A stretch of DNA of 64,000 nt, from contig CAWCMR010000025.1 of the NCBI GenBank assembly GCA_963796685.1, positions 1,600,001 to 1,664,000 on the forward strand, given 5' to 3'. The notes beneath the pieces are model-generated. The model was not told the origin of the DNA. It was given only the letters and a program-made list of their open reading frames with translations, and ran no database searches. The position numbers and the translations under genes were made by a program. The stretch comes from an uncultured delta proteobacterium. GTDB taxonomy: Bacteria; Myxococcota_A; Polyangia; Fen-1088. Position 1 is the first letter of the stretch. Every line of letters starts with the position of its first letter. Shown piece by piece: positions 52,498 through 61,670 of this stretch.

Positions 52498-54996
52498 TTG
52501 GGAGAAAATGATCAGCAGGATCTTTTCGCCAAGGCGATCGACGAAGCCGAGGCGGAACTTGAGCGCCTGACCCGCACCGGGGCCGAGGCGCGCGCGAAGG
52601 TTATGGCCCTGCGACAATCGCTGACTGATGTCGCACCGATTCGCTCGGACGTAACCCCAATGGCCCAGTCCATGCCGCCGCGGAAATCCATGGGGAAGGT
52701 CCGTATCTTCGGGGAACGCTTCCGTGGTCGTTCCGATGTCTTCCCGCGACGGTGGGAAAACGCCAAGTCGCACAAGTCTGGTTACTCGCCAGCCTGCGGA
52801 AACGAATGGGTCCACGGTCTCTGCGGCAAGCCGAAAATTAGGTGCTCTGAATGTCCGAATCAGGCATTCCTGCCTCTGGATGATCACGCATTGCTCGGTC
52901 ATCTGACGGGCAAGCATACCATCGGCGTGTACGCGCTGTTGCCCGGTGACACATGCTGGTTTGTCGCAGCAGACTTCGACGAAGCCGGCTGGAAAGACGA
53001 TGTCTCCGCTTTTTCTGAGACATGTAGGAAGGCGGGCCTTCCAGTCGCCATCGAACGTTCGCGCTCCGGCAATGGAGCGCACGCCTGGTTCTTCTTCGCC
53101 GAGCCGATTCCGGCCTGTCATGCGCGGCAAATGGCTTCCTTCCTTCTGACAGAAACCATGTCCCGGCGGCACGAACTGAGTCTCCAGTCCTACGATCGGT
53201 TGTTCCCTTCGCAGGACACCCTGCCGCGGGGCGGGTTCGGAAACCTTATAGCCTTGCCGTTCCAACACCAACCTCGCCAAAATGGAAATTCCCTATTCCT
53301 CGACGACGATTTGGAGCCCTTCGGCTGGGAAGAACAGTGGCGGTTCCTGGCGTCGGTGCCACTGCTGGCCGCAGACCAGGTGCGAAGGATCGCCGACGAA
53401 GCTTCTCGCAGCGGTCGCGCACTCGGAGTCCGCGCGCCCGAGTCCGAAGACGAGGACCTGCTACCGCCTGCGCGCAAAGGCCGGGATGGAGCCCCACCGA
53501 TCACAGTCCCGTTGCCACCCGAAATCCCCGCCAGCTTGGCCGAACGGATAGTTGTCGTGAAAGCCGGCCTTCCTTCGGCTCTGATAAGCCGTCTCAAGCG
53601 TTTGGCCGCCTTCCAGAATCCAGAATTCTACAAGCGACAGCGCTTCCGGCTCTCGACGGCACTCGTGCCCCGCGTGATCTCGTGCGCCGAGGAGTCCTCA
53701 ACAAACCTAATGCTGCCGCGAGGGTGTCGTGGTGACATTGAGGCGCTGCTCCTCGCCAACAACTCCCGTCTGGTCCTCGATGATCGACGGCAATCAGGAT
53801 CGCCAGCGCCATTCTCATTCCGCGGCGAGCTGACGGCTCGACAACGCGAGGCCGCCGATGCGGTGTTGGGCCAGGACTTTGGCGTTCTCGTCGCCCCACC
53901 AGGTGCCGGCAAGACGGTGATCGGGACCTACCTCATCGCCGCGCGTAGGGTGAATTCCCTCGTCCTTGTGCACCGATGGCCATTGCTGGATCAGTGGGTA
54001 AGCAAGCTCGCCATGTTCCTGGGCCTCCCCATCAACGAGATTGGCCAGCTCGCCGGTGGAAGGAAGAAGGGAAATGGGCGACTGGACGTTGCCATGATTC
54101 AGAGCCTGTCTCGCGACGACGACGCGGGAGAGCGCCTGGCAGGCTACGGCCAAGTCATCGTTGACGAGTGTCACCATGTGCCGGCTTTCTCGTTCGAGCG
54201 CGTGATCAAAAAGGTAAAGGCTCGATTTCTGGTCGGGCTGACCGCTACGCCCCGAAGGCGGGATGGACATCATCCAATCTGCGAGATGCAACTCGGCCCT
54301 GTCGTATTCGCATTCGACGCCAAGGCCGAGGCAGCGGCGCGACCCTTCGAGCACAAACTGATTCCACGCGAAACCGCATTCACCAATTCGAAACCGGATC
54401 TCAGCATTCAGGAGATCTGCCGGGAATTGGCCAGCGACCAGTCCCGCAACGAAATGATTGTCCGTGACGTCGCTCATGCCCTCGATGGAGGCCGTGTTCC
54501 TCTCGTCCTCACTGAACGAAAGGACCACATCAACCTGCTCGCCGAGTTGCTTCGGAGTGTCAGTCGTCATGTCATCGTCATGCGCGGCGGGATGGTTGCC
54601 AGCGAGAATCGCGCCGTTTTCGAACGCCTGACAAGACAAGCCGCTTCTGGTGAACGAGTCATCATCGCCACGGGCCGCTACATCGGGGAGGGCTTCGACG
54701 ATGCCAGACTTGACACCCTGTTTTTGACCATGCCGATTTCAGGGAGGGGAACCTTGATTCAGTACACGGGTCGGATCCACCGGCTGCACCCAGCCAAGCA
54801 AGAGGTCCGCATCTACGACTACGTTGATGTTCAGGTGCCTGTGTTCACCCGAATGTTTGCCAAGCGTCTGCGTGGCTATCGCTCGCTCGGCTACGCCCAA
54901 GATGAAGCGCCATTGGGTTTCGGTGAGATCGACGACGACTTCGTTCTCGGCCGGGATTGGGCAGAAACGGACGGCGACGACGATGAGCTGGCGTAG
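52498..54996 (+). CDS. TOTE-type archaeo-eukaryotic primase domain fused to an SF2 (ResIII/DEAD) helicase
   Basis: FRGRSDVFPRRW...GYSPAC.NEW, DFD, ERSRSGNGAH.W, GNLIALP; GAGKT, DECHH, LTATP; start uncertain. Confidence 0.85.
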   Translation: MGENDQQDLFAKAIDEAEAELERLTRTGAEARAKVMALRQSLTDVAPIRSDVTPMAQSMPPRKSMGKVRIFGERFRGRSDVFPRRWENAKSHKSGYSPACGNEWVHGLCGKPKIRCSECPNQAFLPLDDHALLGHLTGKHTIGVYALLPGDTCWFVAADFDEAGWKDDVSAFSETCRKAGLPVAIERSRSGNGAHAWFFFAEPIPACHARQMASFLLTETMSRRHELSLQSYDRLFPSQDTLPRGGFGNLIALPFQHQPRQNGNSLFLDDDLEPFGWEEQWRFLASVPLLAADQVRRIADEASRSGRALGVRAPESEDEDLLPPARKGRDGAPPITVPLPPEIPASLAERIVVVKAGLPSALISRLKRLAAFQNPEFYKRQRFRLSTALVPRVISCAEESSTNLMLPRGCRGDIEALLLANNSRLVLDDRRQSGSPAPFSFRGELTARQREAADAVLGQDFGVLVAPPGAGKTVIGTYLIAARRVNSLVLVHRWPLLDQWVSKLAMFLGLPINEIGQLAGGRKKGNGRLDVAMIQSLSRDDDAGERLAGYGQVIVDECHHVPAFSFERVIKKVKARFLVGLTATPRRRDGHHPICEMQLGPVVFAFDAKAEAAARPFEHKLIPRETAFTNSKPDLSIQEICRELASDQSRNEMIVRDVAHALDGGRVPLVLTERKDHINLLAELLRSVSRHVIVMRGGMVASENRAVFERLTRQAASGERVIIATGRYIGEGFDDARLDTLFLTMPISGRGTLIQYTGRIHRLHPAKQEVRIYDYVDVQVPVFTRMFAKRLRGYRSLGYAQDEAPLGFGEIDDDFVLGRDWAETDGDDDELA

Positions 54997-55620
54997 GTTT
55001 ATCCCCAGTTCGGCAACGGCCATCGTTTCGTAGCTTCCCATCGGCCCCGCCGGTGGGTCGCGAGCCTACGTGAGAGCCGATACTAAGGGATACTAAGGGA
55101 GTCACATGTGGTCGAGAATTCGAGGATCTCGTGGGCGGACCGCGGGGCTAATTTGACACATGGTTCTGCCACCTCGGCCGCCTGCGTTCCACCGTGCCAT
55201 CGGATGTCCTTTCTCTCGACCAAGAACGAGATCCGTTTGCTGCAATAGTGGTCTTGGCCTGCGCGCCTGATCCATTAGTGGCGTCGTGGCCAACCGCAAT
55301 CCGATCCACTCTGATCGCGCGCAATCCCGCGCGCACTTTGCCTGGGTTCAGCTGGCCCCGCCCTTGAAATTTCCGCCAGGCATCTGTGCGTCCATTCCAT
55401 CGCGAAACGAGATTCGTTTGGTGCAATAGTGGTACAGAGAGCTGGCTATCCCCTGTTCGAACCGTCTGATAAGCTCGAGATTCTCTAGCAGAATCAGCAG
55501 GTTGCGAATGGAATCCTGGGGAACGAGAACCTACCACCCTCGGCCAGCACGACTTCGGGTTAGCTTCACTCGCTGCCCTGAAATTTGCACGAATTCACGA
55601 ATGAAACCGGGAAGTTACAG

Positions 55621-55694
55621 CGCGCCCGGAGGGAATCGAACCCCCAGCCCTCGGCTTCGAAGGCCGATGCTCTATCCAGTTGAGCTACGGGCGC
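55621..55694 (-). tRNA. tRNA-Arg(TCG)
   Basis: GCGCCCGTAGCTCAACTGGATAGAGCATCGGCCT-TCG-AAGCCGA...GGTTCGATTCC...GGGCGCG. Confidence 0.93.
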
Positions 55695-55923
55695 AAGCGG
55701 AAGGATCGCAGTGATACCACTGTCGCGCTGGGTGGGGAAGCGGGGAAGGTGAGCTCGCGACGGGCGAACTCCTCGTGGACAGTCGCGGACGGTCGCGACC
55801 GGTTAACGCATAATGCTACCGAGGAGGGCAGGGGTCGTCGCCCGGAATGAACCCGACACCAAAAGGGTTGGAAATGGGTGCGTCTTGTGAGAATGATTCA
55901 CCCGTGTTAAACGACCGGCCCAC

Positions 55924-55999
<76 letters not shown>

Positions 56000-56043
56000 T
56001 CGAAGACTTCCTTCGAAAATGTTGAAACGGTTGTCTTTGATCG

Positions 56044-56073
56044 GTGCCGGTCGTGTCTCACCACGACCGGCAC
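56044..56073. terminator. Hairpin between convergent tRNA-Phe and integrase
   Basis: GTGCCGGTCGTG / CACGACCGGCAC perfect 12-bp stem. Confidence 0.65.
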
Positions 56074-56076
56074 TTC

Positions 56077-57009
56077 CTATTTGCGGCTTGCACCTCCCGC
56101 GTTATCGTTGGCTTCCATGCTGTCGAGGGCTTCAGTCACCTCCCCGAGCTGAGCTGGAAGGGCATGGGCGTAGGTTCTGGCCATCATCTCGGGTGAGCTG
56201 TGGCCGGCAAATCTGCATGCCGCCGGCGTGATGCCCGTCTTGCGGACGATCCACGAAAGACAGGTGTGACGGAGCGCGGTTGCATTGAGATCGGGCAGCC
56301 CGCAGCGTCGGCAGTGGCGGGGCAACGTGGTTTTCCTCGAGGGCCAGGGCCGCACCATGTGGTCGAGAGGCCGCGGGCGATCCCGCTGGAACATCTCCCG
56401 AAGCACTTCAAGTAGCGGGCGCGGAATTTTGACCTTGAGGCCTTCGCTGAGCTTGTTTTTCGTGTTGCGGATCAACATCGTCTCTTCCTGCAAATCAACG
56501 TCGGACCAGGTCATTCGCTCGACGTCGCTGGCATGCTGGCCAGTCCAGAGCGCCAACCAATACCACTCAGCCCGGTGCTTCGGAAGAGACTCGTAGAGGT
56601 TCCGAGCCTGCGATGCCGAAATCAAGATCTTCGGCTGCGGCGGCCGCGGGCAAAGGAGGCGAGGAAAAGCGGGCACGCGTGCCAGTCGTCTCCGACGATG
56701 CTGCAACTCGATGGCGGCCTTTAGGGTGGACATGCGCTTGCGCAACGTCTCAGGCCCGGCGGGCGAACGTGCATGAATCGCCTTTTCCCGCGGCTTCGTG
56801 GCCAAGTTGTCGAGCACGAGCTCGTCGACTTGCTCGAGCGGGGTCATGGGGCCGAGGGTCACTTCCCAATACCGGCGGTGTGCTTCCTGCATTTCTAGGG
56901 TCGCTGGCGACCTGACGCCGTCGCGAACTCGCTGGGTGGTCACCTGGATGAGATCGCTGATGGCTTCGGCGATGGTGACGCTCCTGGGTGCCGATGATAG
57001 TTTGTTCAT
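56077..57009 (-). CDS. Tyrosine recombinase/integrase with atypical active-site residues
   Basis: LALWTGQHASDV..MTWSDVDL, TKN, ALRHT, AGHSS..M..RTYAH; RBS AGGAG before ATG 57009. Confidence 0.85.
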   Translation of the reverse strand: MNKLSSAPRSVTIAEAISDLIQVTTQRVRDGVRSPATLEMQEAHRRYWEVTLGPMTPLEQVDELVLDNLATKPREKAIHARSPAGPETLRKRMSTLKAAIELQHRRRRLARVPAFPRLLCPRPPQPKILISASQARNLYESLPKHRAEWYWLALWTGQHASDVERMTWSDVDLQEETMLIRNTKNKLSEGLKVKIPRPLLEVLREMFQRDRPRPLDHMVRPWPSRKTTLPRHCRRCGLPDLNATALRHTCLSWIVRKTGITPAACRFAGHSSPEMMARTYAHALPAQLGEVTEALDSMEANDNAGGASRK

Positions 57010-57149
57010 GCGGTTCTCCTGGTCGTTTCGGGAGATGTTGGGCTCCGGGCGGGGAGCTCGGCCGCCCCTTCCTCGAGCTCGCAACTCTTGGGAGGGGTGC
57101 GCATCCGCCTTTGAGGGATGCTGCACGAGGCATTAAAGCACTTGCTGTG

Positions 57150-57290
57150 CCATCGCACAAGACCATCGCACAAGGCGGCGCGCATGTAGGTGTGACAGCT
57201 CGGCACGCTCAGATGGGCGCCATCCGCACGATCCCGTGAGGATCGCGGCGCCTGGCCTGGTGCCTGGCCCGGAGAGCGATTTGTGCGATG
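57150..57290. promoter_or_regulatory. Putative operator or binding repeats upstream of the integrase
   Basis: CCATCGCACAAG at 57150 and 57163; inverted TTGTGCGATG at 57281. Confidence 0.4.
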
Positions 57291-57368
57291 TTCATGGACC
57301 GCAGGTGCTCGGCGCCGCGCGCGCCTCTGGCGCGTTCCTGTGTTGCATCCCTCGAGAGCAGTTTCGCG

Positions 57369-57920
57369 TCACGGCACGGGTGAGGCGGAATGAGCGATGA
57401 AGGTCCCGTCGGATTTGAAGCAACCGATCACAGCCGCGCCCATGCCGGTGGGTGCCGACGTTTCGAGCTGGCAGGCAAGATAGCTCGTGCCGGTGTTCAC
57501 GCTCAGGCTGTTGCCGGTTTTGCTGTAGGTCCAAGCCCCAGCATTTCCCGAGAAGGAGATCACACCCTGGCAGCTCGAAGACATCAGTCGGACGTTGATG
57601 GTGCTCGTCGCGGGGGTGAGCGTGTACGTCCCCTGGTCGATGCGCATTCCGTAGGTGCCGTCCGTCAGCAGCTCGAGAATGTCCATTTCGAAATTGGTTC
57701 CGTCGAACTTGAACCGGATGGTCGTGTTCCCGCTGGAGTCCACTTGGTCGATCCAAGTCCCCAGCAGAGGATCGACGAATGTGTCGGGCGCAGCATCTGG
57801 AATCGCCGGCGCAACGTCTGGAAGTGCCGAGGCATCTGGAGTGAAGGGTGGGGAGCTTGAGCCGTTCGAACCACAAGCCACGAGCGCCAATAGGACCAAC
57901 GAAGCGATGAGGATTTTCAT
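57369..57920 (-). CDS. Lipoprotein, beta-rich, possible moron
   Basis: Lipobox LVAC, PDA linker, LLGTW motif. Confidence 0.75.
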   Translation of the reverse strand: MKILIASLVLLALVACGSNGSSSPPFTPDASALPDVAPAIPDAAPDTFVDPLLGTWIDQVDSSGNTTIRFKFDGTNFEMDILELLTDGTYGMRIDQGTYTLTPATSTINVRLMSSSCQGVISFSGNAGAWTYSKTGNSLSVNTGTSYLACQLETSAPTGMGAAVIGCFKSDGTFIAHSASPVP

Positions 57921-58085
57921 CGCCCCCATTGTCGCCCCGAATCACCTTTTCGGCAACTGAGGCGCGAAACGATCTGTGGCCTCGGATGGCCACATTTCCC
58001 CACCCTTTCGGGAGGTTCGTTTCGCTCCGACATGCGAGCGACCAATGTGGCCATCCCAGGCCACGATCCGAAGTCTACACCGCAG

Positions 58086-58271
58086 TCACGGAAGAAACCG
58101 GCCGTAGTAGGTCCAGGCGCATGCGCTCCACGCGTCTCCCTTGGCGTCGATGCAAATCGTGGTGGCCGGTCGGTCCCGCACGCATGGTGGAAAAGCAGGG
58201 GGGTGGCGATCCGCGAGCTCGGGCGCGCATCCGATGGCAGTTGCGAGCATCGCCGCGAGCAGCAGCCTCAT
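58086..58271 (-). CDS. Small Pro/Cys-containing lipoprotein (61 aa)
   Basis: MRLLLAAMLATAIGC lipobox; 1 nt after the upstream stop. Confidence 0.6.
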   Translation of the reverse strand: MRLLLAAMLATAIGCAPELADRHPPAFPPCVRDRPATTICIDAKGDAWSACAWTYYGRFLP

Positions 58272-58272
58272 T

Positions 58273-58467
58273 TTAGGCTTTCGGCAGCTCGTCTGTGACT
58301 GGGCGGCGATCCGCAGAGATCTTGAAGATCCGCGATACCTGGGGCAGGCCCGCGCAGATGAGCGAGGTGCCGACCGGGATGGCGAAGACGGCCGTGCCTG
58401 GCAGGAGTACTCCAAGTGCGACTGCGGCCAGGCCGAGGGCCACGGTAACGAGATCGATGGGATGCAT
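58273..58467 (-). CDS. Small 2-TM protein, holin-like (64 aa)
   Basis: RBS GGAGGT, two hydrophobic segments, charged tail. Confidence 0.6.
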   Translation of the reverse strand: MHPIDLVTVALGLAAVALGVLLPGTAVFAIPVGTSLICAGLPQVSRIFKISADRRPVTDELPKA

Positions 58468-58483
58468 GGGTCACCTCCGAGTC

Positions 58484-58711
58484 TTATCGCCGCTTTTTCA
58501 CGACCGTGGTGGTGTCGGTTGCGCTCGACGTGTGCACGATGCCCGACTCCTCGTCCTTGGCGTGTTTCTTCAGAAAGGACCGGTTCACTTGGCTGTGGTT
58601 TCCCACCATGCCCCGCGTTGTGTTGCGCACGTGGGCGAGCCGCCAGATGACCACGCACGTCGCGATGAACAGTAGGATCGAGCCAACCAGGAAGAAAAGG
58701 GTGAGGCTCAA
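58484..58711 (-). CDS. Small N-terminal TM protein (75 aa)
   Basis: TTG start overlapping the upstream TGA; TM followed by a basic tail. Confidence 0.5.
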   Translation of the reverse strand: MSLTLFFLVGSILLFIATCVVIWRLAHVRNTTRGMVGNHSQVNRSFLKKHAKDEESGIVHTSSATDTTTVVKKRR

Positions 58712-59074
58712 AGGCCGACCTGGGCAACGCCATCGTGAACGGGAAGACGTTGTGCGTGGATCAGACCTTGCTCGATGAGTACTTCGCGTACGGCCTGTCT
58801 GAACACGGCCTTTGCAGCCACAGCCCCCGCCACATTCAAGACGAGCACCATTCCTGAGATGACGAGCGCAGCCACGGCCAGCCGGCGGAGGATGAACAGC
58901 GCCGGACACCAACGGGAATGTGTGTCCACGTATCGCTTGACCCACCCCACCGAAGCATTCTTTTTCCACTCCTTGAGCAATTCCTCGGGCGGCGGCGTCC
59001 GATCGAGGGCGTCGTATTCTGCCCGCTCGGCGGCAGTCAGTCTGCTCTACGATGCCCAGCGGGTTGTTGCTCAT
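58708..59074 (-). CDS. Single-TM protein, probable +1 frameshift near 59045
   Basis: MSNNPLGIVE in one frame, RLTAAERAEYDALDRTPPPEELLKEW...TM in the next; alternative TTG start at 58980. Confidence 0.45.
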
Positions 59075-59115
59075 AGATCATCTCAGATGCTACTAGCCGA
59101 AGCTCAGATCCACCC

Positions 59116-59601
59116 CTATTGGATGGGCAAACGTGGCGAGAAATAGACCATTCCGTGCCAGACGAGCGATCCTTTGACCTGCGTGCCCATGGTGCCGAAC
59201 CCAAAGGACGCGTAATCTGCGGCGTTCAGCATCAGGGCAAATCCGACCTGGTTTGGCAACGAGGAGGCGAGACGAGTCTGCACGCAGATGTCAGCGCCGG
59301 AGGCATACCACTGCGTGGGCTTGTACGTCATCCCGTAGCAGAATCCGGCGGGAACCACATCTATCCCTGCAGCCATCTGTCCCGTCTTCAGGTCGATGAC
59401 AAGCGAGGGCAAGACGGCGCTCCCATGGGCATTGAGCTTGCAAGTGCAGACGTGCGCGGCGCTGGGCACGCAGATCGAACCATCGACATTCGGCTCATAG
59501 GAAACGCAGCCTCCCCCCCACGGATTGTTCGCATCCGCTTTAGCCGCGGGGGTGCTGGTGATGGCAAGGGCGAGAATCAGGATTGAGAACAGCGTGCGCA
59601 T
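59116..59601 (-). CDS. Secreted Cys-containing beta-rich protein
   Basis: RBS TAAGGAG, signal peptide AKA. Confidence 0.7.
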   Translation of the reverse strand: MRTLFSILILALAITSTPAAKADANNPWGGGCVSYEPNVDGSICVPSAAHVCTCKLNAHGSAVLPSLVIDLKTGQMAAGIDVVPAGFCYGMTYKPTQWYASGADICVQTRLASSLPNQVGFALMLNAADYASFGFGTMGTQVKGSLVWHGMVYFSPRLPIQ

Positions 59602-59611
59602 GTGGGGCTCC

Positions 59612-59854
59612 TTACGTGGCATAGGGATCACCGACCCATCCGGTGTTGTGCATGAACTGCGTCTTCCCGTCGGGGCTCACCTCGAGCCATCCGGTCACTC
59701 CGGCCTGGTAGACCGACCACCCATAGGAGATCGCGTCTTGCGGGCTGGTGTGCCCAGCAGAGGCTGCACCCTTCATCGCCCGATAGGCGATCCAGGCCGC
59801 GGCCAGGCCGAGAACGATCGCCAGTGCCGTGTGAGCCTTGAGCCATGCTTTCAT
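59612..59854 (-). CDS. Small membrane-anchored protein (80 aa)
   Basis: MKAWLKAHTALAIVLGLAAAWIAYR; ATGA overlap. Confidence 0.7.
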   Translation of the reverse strand: MKAWLKAHTALAIVLGLAAAWIAYRAMKGAASAGHTSPQDAISYGWSVYQAGVTGWLEVSPDGKTQFMHNTGWVGDPYAT

Positions 59855-60012
59855 GCGCAGCCTCGAGTCCGCGAGCTCGTGGGAGTCCCCGATGCGAAGC
59901 TGGAGCTCGCCGCCACCGGCCCGCGCTTGTGGCGAGGCTTGCCTTGCTCGAGCCACCACCAGGCGATCGCGCCGCCGAGCAGAAGCCAGAAAATGCGCTG
60001 CCAGTTGCCCAT
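59851..60012 (-). CDS. Small membrane-anchored protein (53 aa; not in the ORF track)
   Basis: My translation: MGNWQRIFWLLLGGAIAWWWLEQGKPRHKR...; fills the gap, ATGA-coupled downstream. Confidence 0.65.
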   Translation of the reverse strand: MGNWQRIFWLLLGGAIAWWWLEQGKPRHKRGPVAASSSFASGTPTSSRTRGCA

Positions 60013-60013
60013 G

Positions 60014-60454
60014 TCAGTAAATCACGTAGCCGTTGGAGGGCAGGTCCGGGTTGTTCGGATTGGCCGCGACTGCGGCAGCGGCGGCCGCGGCACCCTGCGC
60101 GGCGACGTCGGCCAGGTCGAAGGTAACAAGCTGGGCCTGACCTGTACTGTAGGCGCCATATTGCGCGGCCGCGACGGGCGAGCTGCCTGCGCTGTAGAAG
60201 TCGCCCGTGCTGGGGTTGTACCAGCTGCCATCGACCTTCGAGCGGTACCAGCCGGGATAGTTTGGATCCGTCACCGCCACGTAGTTGGACGGGTTCGTGT
60301 CGAACTGCGCAGCGTTGCCCGGATCTTGGCTCATCACGATTTGCGTGATCTTCGGCCCGGCGGAAGCTGGGAGCGTGTTGGAGACCAGGCTCTTCTTGCG
60401 GAAGAAGATCAGGTAGACGCCGATGGCAATTCCGAGCCAGTGATACCACTTCAT
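60014..60454 (-). CDS. Membrane-anchored protein (146 aa)
   Basis: MKWYHWLGIAIGVYLIFFRKK; ATGA overlap. Confidence 0.72.
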   Translation of the reverse strand: MKWYHWLGIAIGVYLIFFRKKSLVSNTLPASAGPKITQIVMSQDPGNAAQFDTNPSNYVAVTDPNYPGWYRSKVDGSWYNPSTGDFYSAGSSPVAAAQYGAYSTGQAQLVTFDLADVAAQGAAAAAAAVAANPNNPDLPSNGYVIY

Positions 60455-60615
60455 TGCAGGAGTCCTTTCAGCTGGTCGATCCCCGATCCGATGTCCGCAG
60501 CCTCCTTGATGGTCGCTCGGTTCTTCCAGGCCCACTTGATCTCGTCCCAGTACGCGATCGTCGCGGCCACCACTACCACCGTTACGATCCAGGCGATGCC
60601 GTTGAGGTACTTCAT
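60451..60615 (-). CDS. Small membrane-anchored protein (54 aa)
   Basis: MKYLNGIAWIVTVVVVAATIAYW; ATGA overlaps at both ends. Confidence 0.7.
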   Translation of the reverse strand: MKYLNGIAWIVTVVVVAATIAYWDEIKWAWKNRATIKEAADIGSGIDQLKGLLQ

Positions 60616-61184
60616 CGGGTTTTCCCCCACTTGCGCCACGCCCAGATCCCGAGGATTGCCAGGACCAAGATCCACCAGATGCCGCCGAGGAAGTTGCCGA
60701 GGAACTTGGAGACGACGTTCGCGATCTTGTCGCCCAGGTCACCGACCACGGGCACCACTGCGTCGGACACCTGGGCCGCCACGGAAGTGTGGAAGAGGCT
60801 ATCGTTGAGCTCGATGGCGCTCGATGCGGTTTGTACGCTGCCAGCGACCACCGAGCGAAGATCGTTCGGCGCCACGCTGGGCAGGGGCGAATCCCAGCCC
60901 GCAGAATTCCCCGCGTCCTGCACGAGGCTGTCGACGGCGTACAGATGAGCAAGCTCGGTGTCGAGCGTGTCCTTCATCGCGGCGGCGTCGTCGGGGGAAA
61001 TGGCGCTCAGGACCGCCAGGTTGATCGTGTCCAGCGCGCCGTTCGCTTTCCAGTTGTTGTAAAGGGTCAGGCTCGAGTAGCAGTCCAGGATCGCGTGTTG
61101 CATCGTACTGAGGACATCCGTCGCCTGCTGGCACGTGGTGCCCGGACCGATCGTCTTCGCGAGATTTGCGCCATAGAGAGCCAC
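60612..61184 (-). CDS. Helical protein with a C-terminal TM anchor (190 aa)
   Basis: GTG start directly after the upstream stop; ends GIWWILVLAILGIWAWRKWGKTR. Confidence 0.72.
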   Translation of the reverse strand: MALYGANLAKTIGPGTTCQQATDVLSTMQHAILDCYSSLTLYNNWKANGALDTINLAVLSAISPDDAAAMKDTLDTELAHLYAVDSLVQDAGNSAGWDSPLPSVAPNDLRSVVAGSVQTASSAIELNDSLFHTSVAAQVSDAVVPVVGDLGDKIANVVSKFLGNFLGGIWWILVLAILGIWAWRKWGKTR

Positions 61185-61664
61185 TCAGAACCCTCCCCCC
61201 GCTCGATTGGCCGAGTAGTTTGAGAGGACTCGCTGGATCTCGGCCTTGGCGGCCGTCGTATCCATGCCGTTCTTTGTGGCATCCGCGTACCAGTCGTAAA
61301 GGTTCACGCCTCCACTCATGCCCGCATAGTACGTGTGCCGATTGAGCATCGCGATCGTGTCCGGCGACAAGACCGAGGCCGAAAGCGCAGCGTCGCTGAC
61401 GTCCCCGGGCGCGAACCCCTCCATCGTCAGTGAGCTGCCCGTAACCACTGCAGGAGGGGCAGGCGGATCGAGAATGGAAGGCCCGCTCGAGGCGATGTCG
61501 ATCGCCGGCGGCGGAGGCGCAGGAGCTGGCGCAGGAGGCGGAGGAGCCGGCGCGGCGGCTGGCGGCACCGACGGCTTTCGCTTGGTCCACCACACGATCG
61601 CGATCAGCAGTACGGCTCCAAGGCCCCACAGCCATTCGCGATCGGTGTTCGCCGCAGCAGCCAT
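61185..61664 (-). CDS. Membrane-anchored Pro-rich protein (159 aa)
   Basis: WLWGLGAVLLIAIVWWTKRK followed by a poly-Pro linker. Confidence 0.72.
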   Translation of the reverse strand: MAAAANTDREWLWGLGAVLLIAIVWWTKRKPSVPPAAAPAPPPPAPAPAPPPPAIDIASSGPSILDPPAPPAVVTGSSLTMEGFAPGDVSDAALSASVLSPDTIAMLNRHTYYAGMSGGVNLYDWYADATKNGMDTTAAKAEIQRVLSNYSANRAGGGF

Positions 61665-61670
61665 GGTTCT

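Larger units (their letters stand above)
48301..55662. mobile_element. 7.3-kb genomic island integrated in tRNA-Arg(TCG)
   Basis: Exact 45-bp direct repeat 48301-48345 / 55618-55662 covering the tRNA 3' half; defence-type cargo. Confidence 0.9.
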
